Notes under the pieces: model-generated
Seen by the model: the letters and a program-made list of their open reading frames with translations, nothing else
Told to the model about the DNA's origin: nothing
The model's database searches: none
Source: Anaerolineales bacterium
GTDB lineage: Bacteria > Chloroflexota > Anaerolineae > Anaerolineales > UBA4823
Length of the DNA stretch: 64,000 nt
Direction of reading: 5' to 3'
NCBI GenBank assembly: GCA_003105035.1
Contig: PQAL01000036.1
Location: forward strand, 72,499 to 136,498
Shown: piece after piece, positions 19,051-28,058 of the stretch
Layout: the number at the start of each line of letters is the position of its first letter
Numbering within the stretch: position 1 is the first letter of the stretch
Made by a program: the position numbers and the translations under genes

Positions 19051-19673
19051 AACAAAAAACTTGCCGCCATCCCAAAAGCCACAGCCACGTTATATGATTG
19101 CTTTTTCCCCAGCATGGGAATAGCTAGCACCTGGTCGCAAAGAGACAGTAAACCAGGGTCTACTCCGCATACTTCATTGCCAACGATTAGAACAAGCGGT
19201 TGCAGTTGGACCGATAATTCCATTTCATATAGAGGGACAGCCTCGGGAGTATCTTCCAATGCCCAAATCCGATATCCCTCTGCTTTCAACCTATCTACCA
19301 ATAACAGGCTGTTATTCGCCTGCGCCCATGGGAGGTTTAATTCCGCCCCCAAGGCAGTCTTGCTGACCCTGGGATTTTCTGGGGTTGGTGTAATCCCGCA
19401 CAGGTGCAGCTTTTTAATCCCGGTACCGTCCGCGGTCCGCAATATTGAACCAACATTCCACGCGCTGCGCACGTTATCTAATAATGCTTCGACCCACCAA
19501 CCATCAAGCGAAGATACCCTTGGGTTTCCTGCGATCGGGTTATCTAGAGATATCGCCAGTTGCATGCTTGACCGGCACAAAGGGCAACGCTTATTCTTTA
19601 ACTGCCCTTGAACCACAGGGAAGCGTAATCTACAGGTGGGATTCAAGCATTCATAAAATTCTATCGCTGACAT
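18999..19673 (-). CDS. SpoU/TrmH-family RNA 2'-O-methyltransferase with N-terminal zinc ribbon
   Basis: CLNPTCRLRF...CPLCRS forms the ribbon. SpoU motifs follow: NVGSILRTADGTG, LVLIVGNEVCGV and IPMLGKKQSYNVAVAFGMA. Confidence 0.8.
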   Translation of the reverse strand: MSAIEFYECLNPTCRLRFPVVQGQLKNKRCPLCRSSMQLAISLDNPIAGNPRVSSLDGWWVEALLDNVRSAWNVGSILRTADGTGIKKLHLCGITPTPENPRVSKTALGAELNLPWAQANNSLLLVDRLKAEGYRIWALEDTPEAVPLYEMELSVQLQPLVLIVGNEVCGVDPGLLSLCDQVLAIPMLGKKQSYNVAVAFGMAASFLFYRHSLSHGSRRIFPCT

Positions 19674-19744
19674 TTCTATGACTTACCAGATTCATTCATT
19701 ATAATATCCCTTGGTGTATTTTCTCACACGGAGAAATCTCGGCT

Positions 19745-20503
19745 ATGGTTTTCTCAATCGCACAATGGCACCAAAGGTACATGCAACAGGCTCAATGGAG
19801 TGCCAGCCTTCGCGCCTACTTATATTCCCGGGTAGGGATGCGACCTTCCACCAAGGTTTTAGATGTGGGTTGTGGCACAGGAGTTTTGGAGAAGGAGCTG
19901 GATAACCGATTCAGGGCCCCCTCGGTTGGCCTTGATATTGCCATAAGCGCCTTGGATTTTGCCCAATCATACTCCCGAGCAAGCCGATTTGTGGCGGGAG
20001 ATGCCTGTTCCATTCCGTTTGCCTCCCAGAGTTTTGATATCACCCAATGCCATTTTTTGCTTTTATGGCTCAAGGATGTTCGTCAGGCATTGTGTGAAAT
20101 GTCTCGCGTTACCCGTTCTATGGGATTCGTTATCGCTCTTTCCGAGCCTGATTACGGCGGCCGGATCGATTACCCCAACGAATTAGTGCAGCTTGGCACC
20201 TGGCAGACGCAAGCCTTACAGCAGCAAGGCGCCAATCCCTTTATCGGCCGGGAGCTACGGGCACTATTCCATGAAGCTGGCTTGATCAATATCGAAACTG
20301 GCGTAATGGGCGGCCAATGGGCGAAGACTGAGCCGAAAAGTGAATTTGGGCTTGAATGGGACGTAGTCTGCTCAGACCTATCCAATAACTCAACCTTTAT
20401 CCAGCAGGCAGACCAATTAAAACAAATTGACCAGCATTCTCGCGATGCTGGTCAAAGGATATTATTTATTCCAACCTTCTATGCGATTGGACAGGTAAGC
20501 TGA
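19745..20503 (+). CDS. class I SAM-dependent methyltransferase
   Basis: Motif I is VLDVGCGTGVL, followed by the post-I acidic residue and the FD.. motif typical of the Methyltransf_11 type. Confidence 0.8.
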   Translation: MVFSIAQWHQRYMQQAQWSASLRAYLYSRVGMRPSTKVLDVGCGTGVLEKELDNRFRAPSVGLDIAISALDFAQSYSRASRFVAGDACSIPFASQSFDITQCHFLLLWLKDVRQALCEMSRVTRSMGFVIALSEPDYGGRIDYPNELVQLGTWQTQALQQQGANPFIGRELRALFHEAGLINIETGVMGGQWAKTEPKSEFGLEWDVVCSDLSNNSTFIQQADQLKQIDQHSRDAGQRILFIPTFYAIGQVS

Positions 20504-20507
20504 TAAT

Positions 20508-20858
20508 CTATTCCTCTGCTGGCAAACCGAGCTCAATTTGGTCACCGTTTATCCGCACCGGGTATGCCGGGATATCCACAAATGCGGGAAGTGCCAATAC
20601 TTTTCCCGTCCGAATATCGAATCGAGCCCCGTGCCTGGGGCAGGTGATCTCATAACCTTCCAGCGTGCCTTCACCGACCGGGCCATCGTCATGTGAACAC
20701 ACATCAGCAATGGCATAATAATTTCCCGCCAAATTGAAAATCACGATAGGTGTGCCATCGATTTCGATGAATAACCGCTGTCCCTGTCCTAATTCTTCGA
20801 TAGTCGCAACTGGAATGAACTCAAGCTTATCCTGCTCGAGCGTCTTATAGTTATACAT
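20508..20858 (-). CDS. Rieske [2Fe-2S] domain protein (last gene of the suf string)
   Basis: The CSHDDG...CPRHGARF Rieske motifs are present in a 116 aa protein. Confidence 0.85.
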   Translation of the reverse strand: MYNYKTLEQDKLEFIPVATIEELGQGQRLFIEIDGTPIVIFNLAGNYYAIADVCSHDDGPVGEGTLEGYEITCPRHGARFDIRTGKVLALPAFVDIPAYPVRINGDQIELGLPAEE

Positions 20859-20860
20859 GC

Positions 20861-21259
20861 TTAGTTGTCAACCAGGTCGTCACTGGCTTCACCCAGGCCG
20901 TAAACCCCTGCCTTGAGTACTTTTAAGGACAGCAGCGCACATTTTAAACGCACCGGTCCGAGCTCGATACCCAGCATGTCCAAGATATCCTGCTTGTTGA
21001 TCTGTTTGACCTCGTCAAGCGTTTTGCCAATTACGCTCTCTGCCAACAAATCAGCTGAGGCTTGCGAGATAGCACATCCATGTCCATCAAAGGCAACTTC
21101 GCTGACCTTGTTATCACCATTGACACGTAAGTCAATGCGAATATGGTCTCCGCATAACGGGTTATCATCCTCAAACGTAATATCGTGCGGTTCCAGAGCA
21201 CCCCTGAAATGCGGATTTTTATACCGGTCTATGATCAATTCGCGATAAAGGTCATCCAT
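20861..21259 (-). CDS. sufU: SufU/IscU-like Fe-S scaffold or sulfur acceptor
   Basis: LYRELIIDRYKNPHFRG, NPLCGD, GHGCAISQAS and RLKCALL are the SufU-type conserved Cys motifs. Confidence 0.85.
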   Translation of the reverse strand: MDDLYRELIIDRYKNPHFRGALEPHDITFEDDNPLCGDHIRIDLRVNGDNKVSEVAFDGHGCAISQASADLLAESVIGKTLDEVKQINKQDILDMLGIELGPVRLKCALLSLKVLKAGVYGLGEASDDLVDN

Positions 21260-21261
21260 AG

Positions 21262-22509
21262 TTATCCAAAGAAACGCTTGACTTCATGTAAGCCGTCGAT
21301 CAACTGGTCGACTTCGCCAAGGGTATTATATAGGTAAAAACTTGCCCGGGTCGTGGCAGCGATGTTGAACTTTTCATGCAGCGGCATGGCACAGTGATGG
21401 CCTGCGCGTACAGCAATCCCTGAACGGTCCAGCACCTGGGCTACATCGTGAGGATGAACGCCCTCAAAGGTAAAGGAGGCTACCCCACCCTTATAGTTGG
21501 CATCCGGTCCAAATACGCGTACTTCTGGGATCTCAGCCAACCGCCGTAGTGCATAAGCAATCAATTCCTTCTCATGCGTAGCGATCTTTTCCATCCCAAT
21601 AGCCTTAACATAGTCGAGTGCGGCATGCAGTCCGATGGCTTCAGCAATCGCGGGTGTGCCAGCTTCAAACTTGTGCGGTAGCTCATTGGGGCTGAAAGAG
21701 CGCAAAAAGACCCGTTTGATCATCTCTCCACCACCGAGGAAGGGGGGCATTTTGTTTAGCAGTTCTGCCTTGCCATACAACACGCCGATACCGGTCGGCC
21801 CACAAACCTTGTGCGACGAAAAAGCCAAAAAATCCGCATCCAAATCCTGCACATCCACCGGGAAATGTGGCACCGATTGAGCACCGTCAATTAAGGCGAC
21901 TGCCCCCGCTCGGTGAGCTAGCTCCACAATTTCCTTCGCCGGATTGATCGTCCCCAGTACGTTGGACATGTGGGTAAAAGCCACCAGCCTTGGCTTTTGT
22001 TCCAGCAACTTTCGATATACATCTAGCTCTAGCAAGCCATCGGGCGTGATGGTGATAAATTCCAGGCGGATGCCTTTCTCAGCTGCCAGGATGTGCCAGG
22101 GAACCAGGTTGGAGTGATGCTCCATTTCAGTCAGGATCACCAGGTCGTCTTCTTTTAAGAAGGTCCTTCCCCAACTATAAGCGACCAGATTAATCGATTC
22201 AGTCGTGTTGCGGGTAAAGATGACCTCCTTGTTGGACCCTGCATGGATAAAATCGGCCACACGTTGCCTTGCACCTTCATACGCTGCAGTAGCTTCTTCT
22301 GCCAGGGTGTGGACCCCCCGGTGAACATTGGCATTATTCAGCTGGTAGTAATCATCCATCGCCCTGATAACCTGGTTTGGTTTTTGGGTGGTTGCGGTGG
22401 AATCAAGGTATACCAGTGGCACTCCAGGCTGAACCTCGCGGCTTAAGATTGGAAAATCCGATCGAATGGCAGTAATATTAAGTGCAGTTTTTGTCGATGG
22501 GCTAATCAT
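21262..22509 (-). CDS. sufS: cysteine desulfurase SufS (class V aminotransferase group II)
   Basis: IRSDFPIL, the PLP lysine motif SSHKVCGPTGIG and the active-site loop RAGHHCAMP are present. Start chosen at ATG 22509 (MISPST...), directly after the stop of the upstream small ORF. The track ORF extends to 22587. Confidence 0.9.
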   Translation of the reverse strand: MISPSTKTALNITAIRSDFPILSREVQPGVPLVYLDSTATTQKPNQVIRAMDDYYQLNNANVHRGVHTLAEEATAAYEGARQRVADFIHAGSNKEVIFTRNTTESINLVAYSWGRTFLKEDDLVILTEMEHHSNLVPWHILAAEKGIRLEFITITPDGLLELDVYRKLLEQKPRLVAFTHMSNVLGTINPAKEIVELAHRAGAVALIDGAQSVPHFPVDVQDLDADFLAFSSHKVCGPTGIGVLYGKAELLNKMPPFLGGGEMIKRVFLRSFSPNELPHKFEAGTPAIAEAIGLHAALDYVKAIGMEKIATHEKELIAYALRRLAEIPEVRVFGPDANYKGGVASFTFEGVHPHDVAQVLDRSGIAVRAGHHCAMPLHEKFNIAATTRASFYLYNTLGEVDQLIDGLHEVKRFFG

Positions 22510-22517
22510 AGGCGTGG

Positions 22518-22802
22518 TTAGGCAATTGTCCGTGGTTTTGTTCGCCGGCGCGATGGGCGGATTTGGGTAGAATTCTTCGGGCACCATAGGACATGATCCG
22601 GTACCATCCAGCCATCCGTAAGATAGACGCTATCCTTGAATTGAACGGCGATCATTTTTGGATCAACTTGCACCACAGTACCCTCCAGCCAATCGCGGAT
22701 TCGCTCATTTGACTTATCGTGATCGCAATATACTTCAACCCTGTCTCCAACATGGTACTGTTCCTCAAGGTCAGGTGCGTGTGTGAAATACATCTCAGCC
22801 AA
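22518..22802 (-). CDS. hypothetical small protein inside the suf operon (possible SH3/Tudor-like beta fold)
   Basis: 94-aa ORF filling the sufD-sufS gap, with AAGGAGG just upstream. I recognise no family. Confidence 0.5.
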   Translation of the reverse strand: MAEMYFTHAPDLEEQYHVGDRVEVYCDHDKSNERIRDWLEGTVVQVDPKMIAVQFKDSVYLTDGWMVPDHVLWCPKNSTQIRPSRRRTKPRTIA

Positions 22803-22822
22803 CTTTCCTCCTTAGATCCTGC

Positions 22823-24181
22823 TTACTTCATCTTTACAACAATAGCATCTTGAAATCGCTTACGAACGCCTTCAAAAGGGATACGTTGCATGATCGGATC
22901 GAAAAAGCCCTCCACGATCAGATGCTCCGCTTCTGCATACGGGATCCCCCGGCTTAATAAGTAAAATAACGAATCCTGATCTATCTTCCCGACGGTTGCC
23001 CCGTGTGTACAGCGCACATCATCCGCCAGGATCTCCAACCCTGGGATGGAATCAGCGCGAGCCTTGGAGCTCAGCACCAGGTTCCGATTCGCCTGGTAAC
23101 CATCCGTCTTTTGTGCACCCGGTGCCACATAAATCATTCCCTGCCATACCGATCGGCTGCTGTCTTTCAATGCGCCTTTGAATAACAAGTCGCTAGTGGT
23201 GTGCGGAGCAAGGTGGTTCTGTTGGGTATCATGGTCCAGGTGTTGCTTTCCATCAGTAAAGTAAAAACCCGACATTTTCCCTGTCGCACCATCACCAATC
23301 AAGTCGATCTCAGAAAAATTCTTGGTCAGGTTGCTCCCTAAGGCTCCGAAAATCCATTCCAGGGTAGCCTCCCTTCCCACTTGGGCACGCTCATGGCTGA
23401 AATTCCATACATTGTCTCCCCAGGATTGTAGCTCCACGAACCGCAGACTGGCATTATCGCTTATATGTATCTCCACAATGCCCGAATGCATCGTTTGACC
23501 AGGGATTCCATTGGGAGAGGCAGCTTCATGCACATACGTCAACGAAGAGCCAGGCTCCAACCACACCATGATATGTGAAAAATATGCTAATCCTTCCCCC
23601 GGTCCCCAAATCACTGAGTGAAGGGGCACCTCAACCTGTACCCCCGCGGGGATGTAGGCAAACACGCCATACTGCTCCATGGCAGCCGTAAGTGCTGCAA
23701 ACCTGCCTTCTTCAGGCTTGACCACCTGGCCAATAATATTCGCCAATAATTCAGGATATTCTCGCTCAGCTGTATGCAGGTCGGTGAAAATCACGCCCTG
23801 GCGGGTCAATGCCTCATCAACTTTAACCTTCGTATGCTTCGGTTCGATGATCACCTGCCCACCATGCTTCTTGGTGACCAGAGGTTTAAGCAACCAGCTC
23901 GGTGCGGGAGGCAGTGTCGGGTGTTGGCTTCCATTGGGTACGGTAAATTTAGCAACATCCAGGCCGCGTATATCTGTCCTGCGCCATGGTTCGTCCTTAA
24001 TCGTCGGCATGTGCAGGGATTGGTAGAGCGCCCAGGCTTTCTCCCGGTAATCCCTAACAAAGTCCGGGCCTGCCCAATTGCTGGAAAGCGTTTTAATCGA
24101 GTCGCGTGTAAATTGAAAATCACCGGGCTCAGCGCTTACGGTGGGTTTATTACGCGTGATTATCCGGTGTGTGCTCATCAT
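22823..24181 (-). CDS. sufD: Fe-S cluster assembly protein SufD
   Basis: 452 aa with the C-terminal beta-helix pattern ([29 protein letters not shown]...LFYLLSRGI). The 4-nt start overlap with sufB fits SufD. Confidence 0.9.
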   Translation of the reverse strand: MMSTHRIITRNKPTVSAEPGDFQFTRDSIKTLSSNWAGPDFVRDYREKAWALYQSLHMPTIKDEPWRRTDIRGLDVAKFTVPNGSQHPTLPPAPSWLLKPLVTKKHGGQVIIEPKHTKVKVDEALTRQGVIFTDLHTAEREYPELLANIIGQVVKPEEGRFAALTAAMEQYGVFAYIPAGVQVEVPLHSVIWGPGEGLAYFSHIMVWLEPGSSLTYVHEAASPNGIPGQTMHSGIVEIHISDNASLRFVELQSWGDNVWNFSHERAQVGREATLEWIFGALGSNLTKNFSEIDLIGDGATGKMSGFYFTDGKQHLDHDTQQNHLAPHTTSDLLFKGALKDSSRSVWQGMIYVAPGAQKTDGYQANRNLVLSSKARADSIPGLEILADDVRCTHGATVGKIDQDSLFYLLSRGIPYAEAEHLIVEGFFDPIMQRIPFEGVRKRFQDAIVVKMK

Positions 24182-25584
24182 CCCACCGATCCTGCCATCT
24201 GAAGTTGGATTAGTCGGTTCATCTCTATGGCGTATTCCATCGGCAATTCTTTCACCAATGGCTCAATGAAGCCTGAAACTACCATGGTTGTCGATTCTTC
24301 CTCCGATAAACCCCGGCTCATCAGGTAGAACAGCTGCTCTTCACCTACCTTCGATACGGTTGCTTCATGTCCGATGGTCACATCCTGTTCATCGATCTCA
24401 ATCGATGGGTAAGTATCTGATCGCGACAACGGGTCGAGCAGCAATGCATCGCACACCGTGTTGGATTTACTATCGACGGCTCCCTTATAGACCTTCAATA
24501 AACCCCTGAAAGAGGTTCGTCCACCACCCTTGCTGATCGATTTTGAGGTGATCTTGCTTGAGGTGTGCGGGGCAAAATGGATCGCTTTGCCACCTGCGTC
24601 TTGCGTCTGCCCAGGTCCGGCAAATGCCATAGACAGGATTTCACCCTTCGCACCAGGTTCAAGCAGGTAGCAGGATGGGTATTTCATTGTTAGCTTCGAA
24701 CCCAGGTTCGAATCCACCCACTCCATCGTCCCGCCTTCATGCACCAGAGCCCGCTGGGTTACCAGGTTATACACGTTGGTAGACCAGTTCTGGATGGTGG
24801 TGTAGCGAACCCGGGCACCTTTGTTGACGATGATCTCGATCACACCACTGTGCAGCGAATCTGTCGTATATGTAGGCGCTGTGCAGCCTTCAACGTAATG
24901 CACCTGCGCGCCTTCATCGGCGATGATCAATGAGCGCTCGAACTGCCCGATATTAGCAACATTTAAGCGGAAGTAAGCTTGCAGGGGCAGGTCAACTTTG
25001 ACGCCTTTGGGCACGTAAACAAACGAGCCACCAGACCACACCGCGCTGTTCAATGCGGCGAATTTATTATCTTCGATCGGAATGACTTTACCGAAATACT
25101 GCTTAAAGATATCAGGGTGCTTCCGTAACCCGTCTTCAATGCTCAGGAAAATTACACCCTGTTTTTCGAGGTGCTCCTGGATGTTGTGGTAAACCATCTC
25201 GCTTTCGTATTGGGCACCTACACCAGCCAGGAATTTTTGCTCTGCTTCAGGGATGCCGAGCTTGTTAAAAGTATCCTTGATGGTGTTTGGCACCTCATCC
25301 CAGTTCTTGCTTTCCTGCTGAGTTGGCTTGACATAATAGAATATCTCATGTAGATTAAGGCCTGAAAGGTCACCGCCCCATGTTGGGATGGGTCGTTTTT
25401 CAAAGTGCTCCAGGGCTTTCAAGCGGAAATCCAACATCCATTGGGGCTCGCCCTTCATATCGGATATCTGCTCAACTACCCTTTTCGATAAGCCCTTGCG
25501 TGATTTAAAAACGTAGGTTTCCGGATCACTGAAACCGTACTTGTAATCACCAATATTATCCAAAGTATTTGAGTTCGAGCTCAT
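24178..25584 (-). CDS. sufB: Fe-S cluster assembly protein SufB
   Basis: [23 protein letters not shown], and [11 protein letters not shown]...[24 protein letters not shown] match SufB. Start set at ATG 25584 (GAGGT 4 nt upstream), because the track start at 25644 would overlap sufC. Confidence 0.95.
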   Translation of the reverse strand: MSSNSNTLDNIGDYKYGFSDPETYVFKSRKGLSKRVVEQISDMKGEPQWMLDFRLKALEHFEKRPIPTWGGDLSGLNLHEIFYYVKPTQQESKNWDEVPNTIKDTFNKLGIPEAEQKFLAGVGAQYESEMVYHNIQEHLEKQGVIFLSIEDGLRKHPDIFKQYFGKVIPIEDNKFAALNSAVWSGGSFVYVPKGVKVDLPLQAYFRLNVANIGQFERSLIIADEGAQVHYVEGCTAPTYTTDSLHSGVIEIIVNKGARVRYTTIQNWSTNVYNLVTQRALVHEGGTMEWVDSNLGSKLTMKYPSCYLLEPGAKGEILSMAFAGPGQTQDAGGKAIHFAPHTSSKITSKSISKGGGRTSFRGLLKVYKGAVDSKSNTVCDALLLDPLSRSDTYPSIEIDEQDVTIGHEATVSKVGEEQLFYLMSRGLSEEESTTMVVSGFIEPLVKELPMEYAIEMNRLIQLQMAGSVG

Positions 25585-25607
25585 ATCAACCTCTAAAATC
25601 ACCTGGC

Positions 25608-26381
25608 TCAGGCTGGCACCGTCTCGTATTTCTCGCGCACCCACTCGTAGCCGTGCTCCTCAAGGTTCAACGCCAGGTCTGAGCCGCCTGACTCGACGAT
25701 GCGCCCATCCAGCATGATATGTACGAATTCCGGTTTAATGTAGTTTAGAATGCGTTGGTAATGGGTAATCACCAGTACACCCATCTCGGGACCGCGCAGG
25801 GTGTTAACCCCTTCCGATACGATCCGTAAGGCATCGATATCCAGGCCCGAATCAGTTTCATCCAGGATGGCGATCTCTGGCTTTAACACAGCCATCTGCA
25901 GGATCTCTGCCCGCTTTTTCTCACCCCCAGAAAAGCCTTCATTTAGATAGCGACTTGCAAAGGAGTAATCCATCTTGAGCAAATCCATGCGATCCTTGAG
26001 CATCTTGCGAAATTCCGGCACCGAGATGCCCTTATCTTCCGGGTTTAAGGCCTTCCTGCGAGCGTTAATTGCCGTGCGCAGGAAATTTGCCACCGATACA
26101 CCGGCAATCGATACCGGGTACTGGAAAGCCAGGAAAATGCCCAACCTCGATCTCTCATCAGGTTTCAGCTCAAGGATATTGGTATCCTTAAAAAGCACTT
26201 CGCCTTGAGTCACCAAATAACCGGGATGCCCCATCAGTGTATAAGCTAATGTCGATTTTCCTGTTCCATTGGGACCCATCAGGGCATGTACTTCACCTTG
26301 ATTGACGGTCAGGTTGACACCTTTTAGGATTTCGCGCCCCGCGACATTAACATGCAAGTCCCGAATGTTGATCTCAGACAT
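25608..26381 (-). CDS. sufC: Fe-S cluster assembly ATPase SufC
   Basis: [10 protein letters not shown], the SGGEKKR signature, [14 protein letters not shown] and ITHY match SufC. Confidence 0.95.
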   Translation of the reverse strand: MSEINIRDLHVNVAGREILKGVNLTVNQGEVHALMGPNGTGKSTLAYTLMGHPGYLVTQGEVLFKDTNILELKPDERSRLGIFLAFQYPVSIAGVSVANFLRTAINARRKALNPEDKGISVPEFRKMLKDRMDLLKMDYSFASRYLNEGFSGGEKKRAEILQMAVLKPEIAILDETDSGLDIDALRIVSEGVNTLRGPEMGVLVITHYQRILNYIKPEFVHIMLDGRIVESGGSDLALNLEEHGYEWVREKYETVPA

Positions 26382-26457
26382 GAATTACTCCTTGGGAAGG
26401 ATATAAACGAACAATCCTTGACGATAGATCGATCAAGGATTCCGACTCGATTTGCGC

Positions 26458-26486
26458 ATTATAGCATGTTGGCTTATTATTGTCAA
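26458..26486 (-). promoter_or_regulatory. sigma70-type promoter for sufCBD...: TTGACA-17 nt-TATAAT
   Basis: On the minus strand, TTGACA is at 26486-26481 and TATAAT at 26463-26458, separated by exactly 17 nt. The promoter lies about 75 nt upstream of the sufC ATG. Confidence 0.6.
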
Positions 26487-26520
26487 TATTTATGATAATT
26501 ATAATAAATATTGACAATAA
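26477..26520. promoter_or_regulatory. perfect 17-bp inverted repeat (TTATTGTCAATATTTAT-N10-ATAAATATTGACAATAA), candidate SufR operator
   Basis: Read directly from the sequence. Each arm contains the -35 hexamer of one of the two divergent promoters. Confidence 0.7.
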
Positions 26521-26539
26521 ACTCGGTTGTTGGTATACT
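26511..26539 (+). promoter_or_regulatory. sigma70-type promoter for the sufR-like gene: TTGACA-17 nt-TATACT
   Basis: TTGACA is at 26511-26516 and TATACT at 26534-26539. The ATG at 26551 is only 11 nt after the -10, so the mRNA would be nearly leaderless. Confidence 0.55.
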
Positions 26540-26550
26540 GCCATAAACAT

Positions 26551-27177
26551 ATGTCAGGTACACGAGACCAAGTCCTTCGAACATTATTAGCGCAACCGCG
26601 TTGTACGATCAATGAGATCTCTGATAAGGTTGGGATCTCACCCATTTCTGTGCGCCACCACATCGCCAGCTTGGAAGCTGAAGGTTTGATTACCAGCGAT
26701 GATGAGCGTCATGGTGTGGGCAGGCCACGCCAGGTATTTTACCTCACCGAAACCGGCATCGAGCAGTTTCCCACCCGTTACGTCCGTCTGACGATCCGCC
26801 TGCTTGAGCATCTCAAAGAGACCATGCCTGAAGCCATGATCAATAAGCTATTCTCACAGATGGCGGAAGACCTTGCCCGCGACCTTTCAGAAGGTACCGA
26901 GTTGAAAGACCTGAGCATGCAGGAACGCCTCAATCTGGTTAAATCCTTACTCGGCCGTGAAGGTTTTAATATTGAATGGGAACAGCTGGAGGACGGATTC
27001 CAAATTAACGAGACCAGCTGTCCCTACTACTATATTGGCCAGAATCACCCGGAAATATGCACGGTAGATCAGATCCTGATCTCTAAAGTCCTCTCCGTCC
27101 CCGCCGAGAAGGTTAAATGCATTCTGAACGGTGACAGCAGCTGCACCTACCTGGTTGCCAACGCTTCAGGGAATTGA
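26551..27177 (+). CDS. sufR: SufR-like HTH transcriptional regulator with C-terminal 4-Cys cluster-binding region
   Basis: The winged-helix N-terminus reads RDQVLRTLLAQPRCTINEISDKVGISPISVRHHIASLEAEGLI. The C-terminus has C-X12-C-X19-C-X7-C (SCPYYYIGQNHPEIC...KC...SC). The gene is divergent from the suf operon. Start moved to ATG 26551 because the track start at 26527 lies inside the promoter. Confidence 0.7.
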   Translation: MSGTRDQVLRTLLAQPRCTINEISDKVGISPISVRHHIASLEAEGLITSDDERHGVGRPRQVFYLTETGIEQFPTRYVRLTIRLLEHLKETMPEAMINKLFSQMAEDLARDLSEGTELKDLSMQERLNLVKSLLGREGFNIEWEQLEDGFQINETSCPYYYIGQNHPEICTVDQILISKVLSVPAEKVKCILNGDSSCTYLVANASGN

Positions 27178-27527
27178 TGATCAATATGACAGAAGAATAT
27201 CAGAACCGACCTGTGTGGGACATAGAAAGCACCAACCCTGAGCTTGTAGAACCCCTCACCGAAGAGCTAAAAAAAGTGATGGATCCTGAAATCGGCTTGA
27301 ATGTGCTTGAGCTCGGATTGGTCCGTAATGTAGCCGTGATTGAAGGCGAAGCCAAGATCATGATGATCATGACCACCCCATTTTGCCCCTATGCCCCAGC
27401 GCTGCTGGAAACCGCCCGCCAGCAAGCCGAGATCGGCCTCAAGCTGCCTACCTCCGTCACACTTAGCTATGAGCCGTGGGACCCGTCTATGATGGACGAA
27501 AATGCCCGCTTTGACTGGGGATTTTAA
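27177..27527 (+). CDS. DUF59 (SufT/PaaD-like) Fe-S assembly factor
   Basis: L..V.DPEIGLNVLELGLV and TTPFCPYA are DUF59 hallmarks. The ATG overlaps the sufR stop (TGATG). Confidence 0.8.
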   Translation: MINMTEEYQNRPVWDIESTNPELVEPLTEELKKVMDPEIGLNVLELGLVRNVAVIEGEAKIMMIMTTPFCPYAPALLETARQQAEIGLKLPTSVTLSYEPWDPSMMDENARFDWGF

Positions 27528-27567
27528 TAATAATTTCACACAGAAATATTTGATACTAAAAATCTTC

Positions 27568-27596
27568 AGCTGGCTTATGAATAAGCCAGCTTTTTA
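27568..27596 (+). terminator. Rho-independent terminator after the sufR-DUF59 unit
   Basis: A 10-bp stem AGCTGGCTTA/TAAGCCAGCT has a 4-nt loop and is followed by TTTTT. Confidence 0.75.
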
Positions 27597-27907
27597 ATTA
27601 TTAAACACAGCGCTTAGTGTTATAAATAAAAATATCGTCCTTATCCATTAATACCTGCCAATTGACGAGCATTAAAGGGAGTTTCTTTAAAAGGTTTGCC
27701 TCATGATCGAATCCGCAGAAGATACCAACAAAGGCTGTTTGAGATTTCTCACCCGGGAAATCATCTTAGTCTTCATTGCTCTTATTCTGATGGCGACACC
27801 TTGCGTTATCTGTGGAACATGGATTTTTAGATTTGGCGATTGACAAATCTGTCTTGAAAATATAATATTCTCGATCACAAATTTTTCAACGTAATCAAGT
27901 AAATAAC

Positions 27908-27938
27908 AAAAAAGCTGACTAATCATCAATAAGTCAGC
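27908..27938 (-). terminator. Rho-independent terminator downstream of the tRNA
   Basis: On the minus strand, GCTGACT-11 nt loop-AGTCAGC is followed by TTTTTT, 29 nt after the tRNA 3' end. Confidence 0.5.
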
Positions 27939-27967
27939 AGTTGAAAAAAATCTATATTTCATATCTG

Positions 27968-28040
27968 TGGCGAGGGTGGGACTTGAACCCACGACCTGAG
28001 GATTATGATGCCCCTGCTCTGCCAACTGAGCTACCTCGCC
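27968..28040 (-). tRNA. tRNA with CAU anticodon (elongator Met, or Ile2 if lysidinylated); CCA not encoded
   Basis: The reverse complement is GGCGAGG TA GCTC AGTTGGCA GAGC A GGGGC ATCATAA TCCTC AGGTC GTGGG TTCAAGT CCCAC CCTCGCC A. This folds as a full 73-nt cloverleaf. The G1-C72 pair argues against a bacterial initiator. Confidence 0.9.
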
Positions 28041-28058
28041 ATGCATGAGAGCGGCAGA

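Noticed and set aside
22510-22587. N-terminal extensions proposed by the longest-ORF track for sufS (to 22587). The same applies to sufB (to 25644), the sufR-like gene (from 26527), the phosphohexomutase (to 31388) and the OppB-like permease (to 63909).
   Set aside because: The extensions overlap upstream genes, promoters or a hairpin and lack RBS support. Internal starts restore the N-termini typical of each family.
27840-27866. Plus-strand promoter-like TTGACA-15 nt-TATAAT just after the micro-ORF, pointing into the tRNA terminator and tRNA in antisense.
   Set aside because: The spacer is short (15 nt) and there is no downstream plus-strand gene before 28088. It is likely a chance match in AT-rich DNA.
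27687-28046. 119-aa minus-strand ORF starting MHGEVAQLAEQGHHNPQVVGSSPTLA.
   Set aside because: Its first ~25 codons are simply the translation of the tRNA gene at 27968-28040, and the rest runs through the tRNA terminator. It is not a gene.
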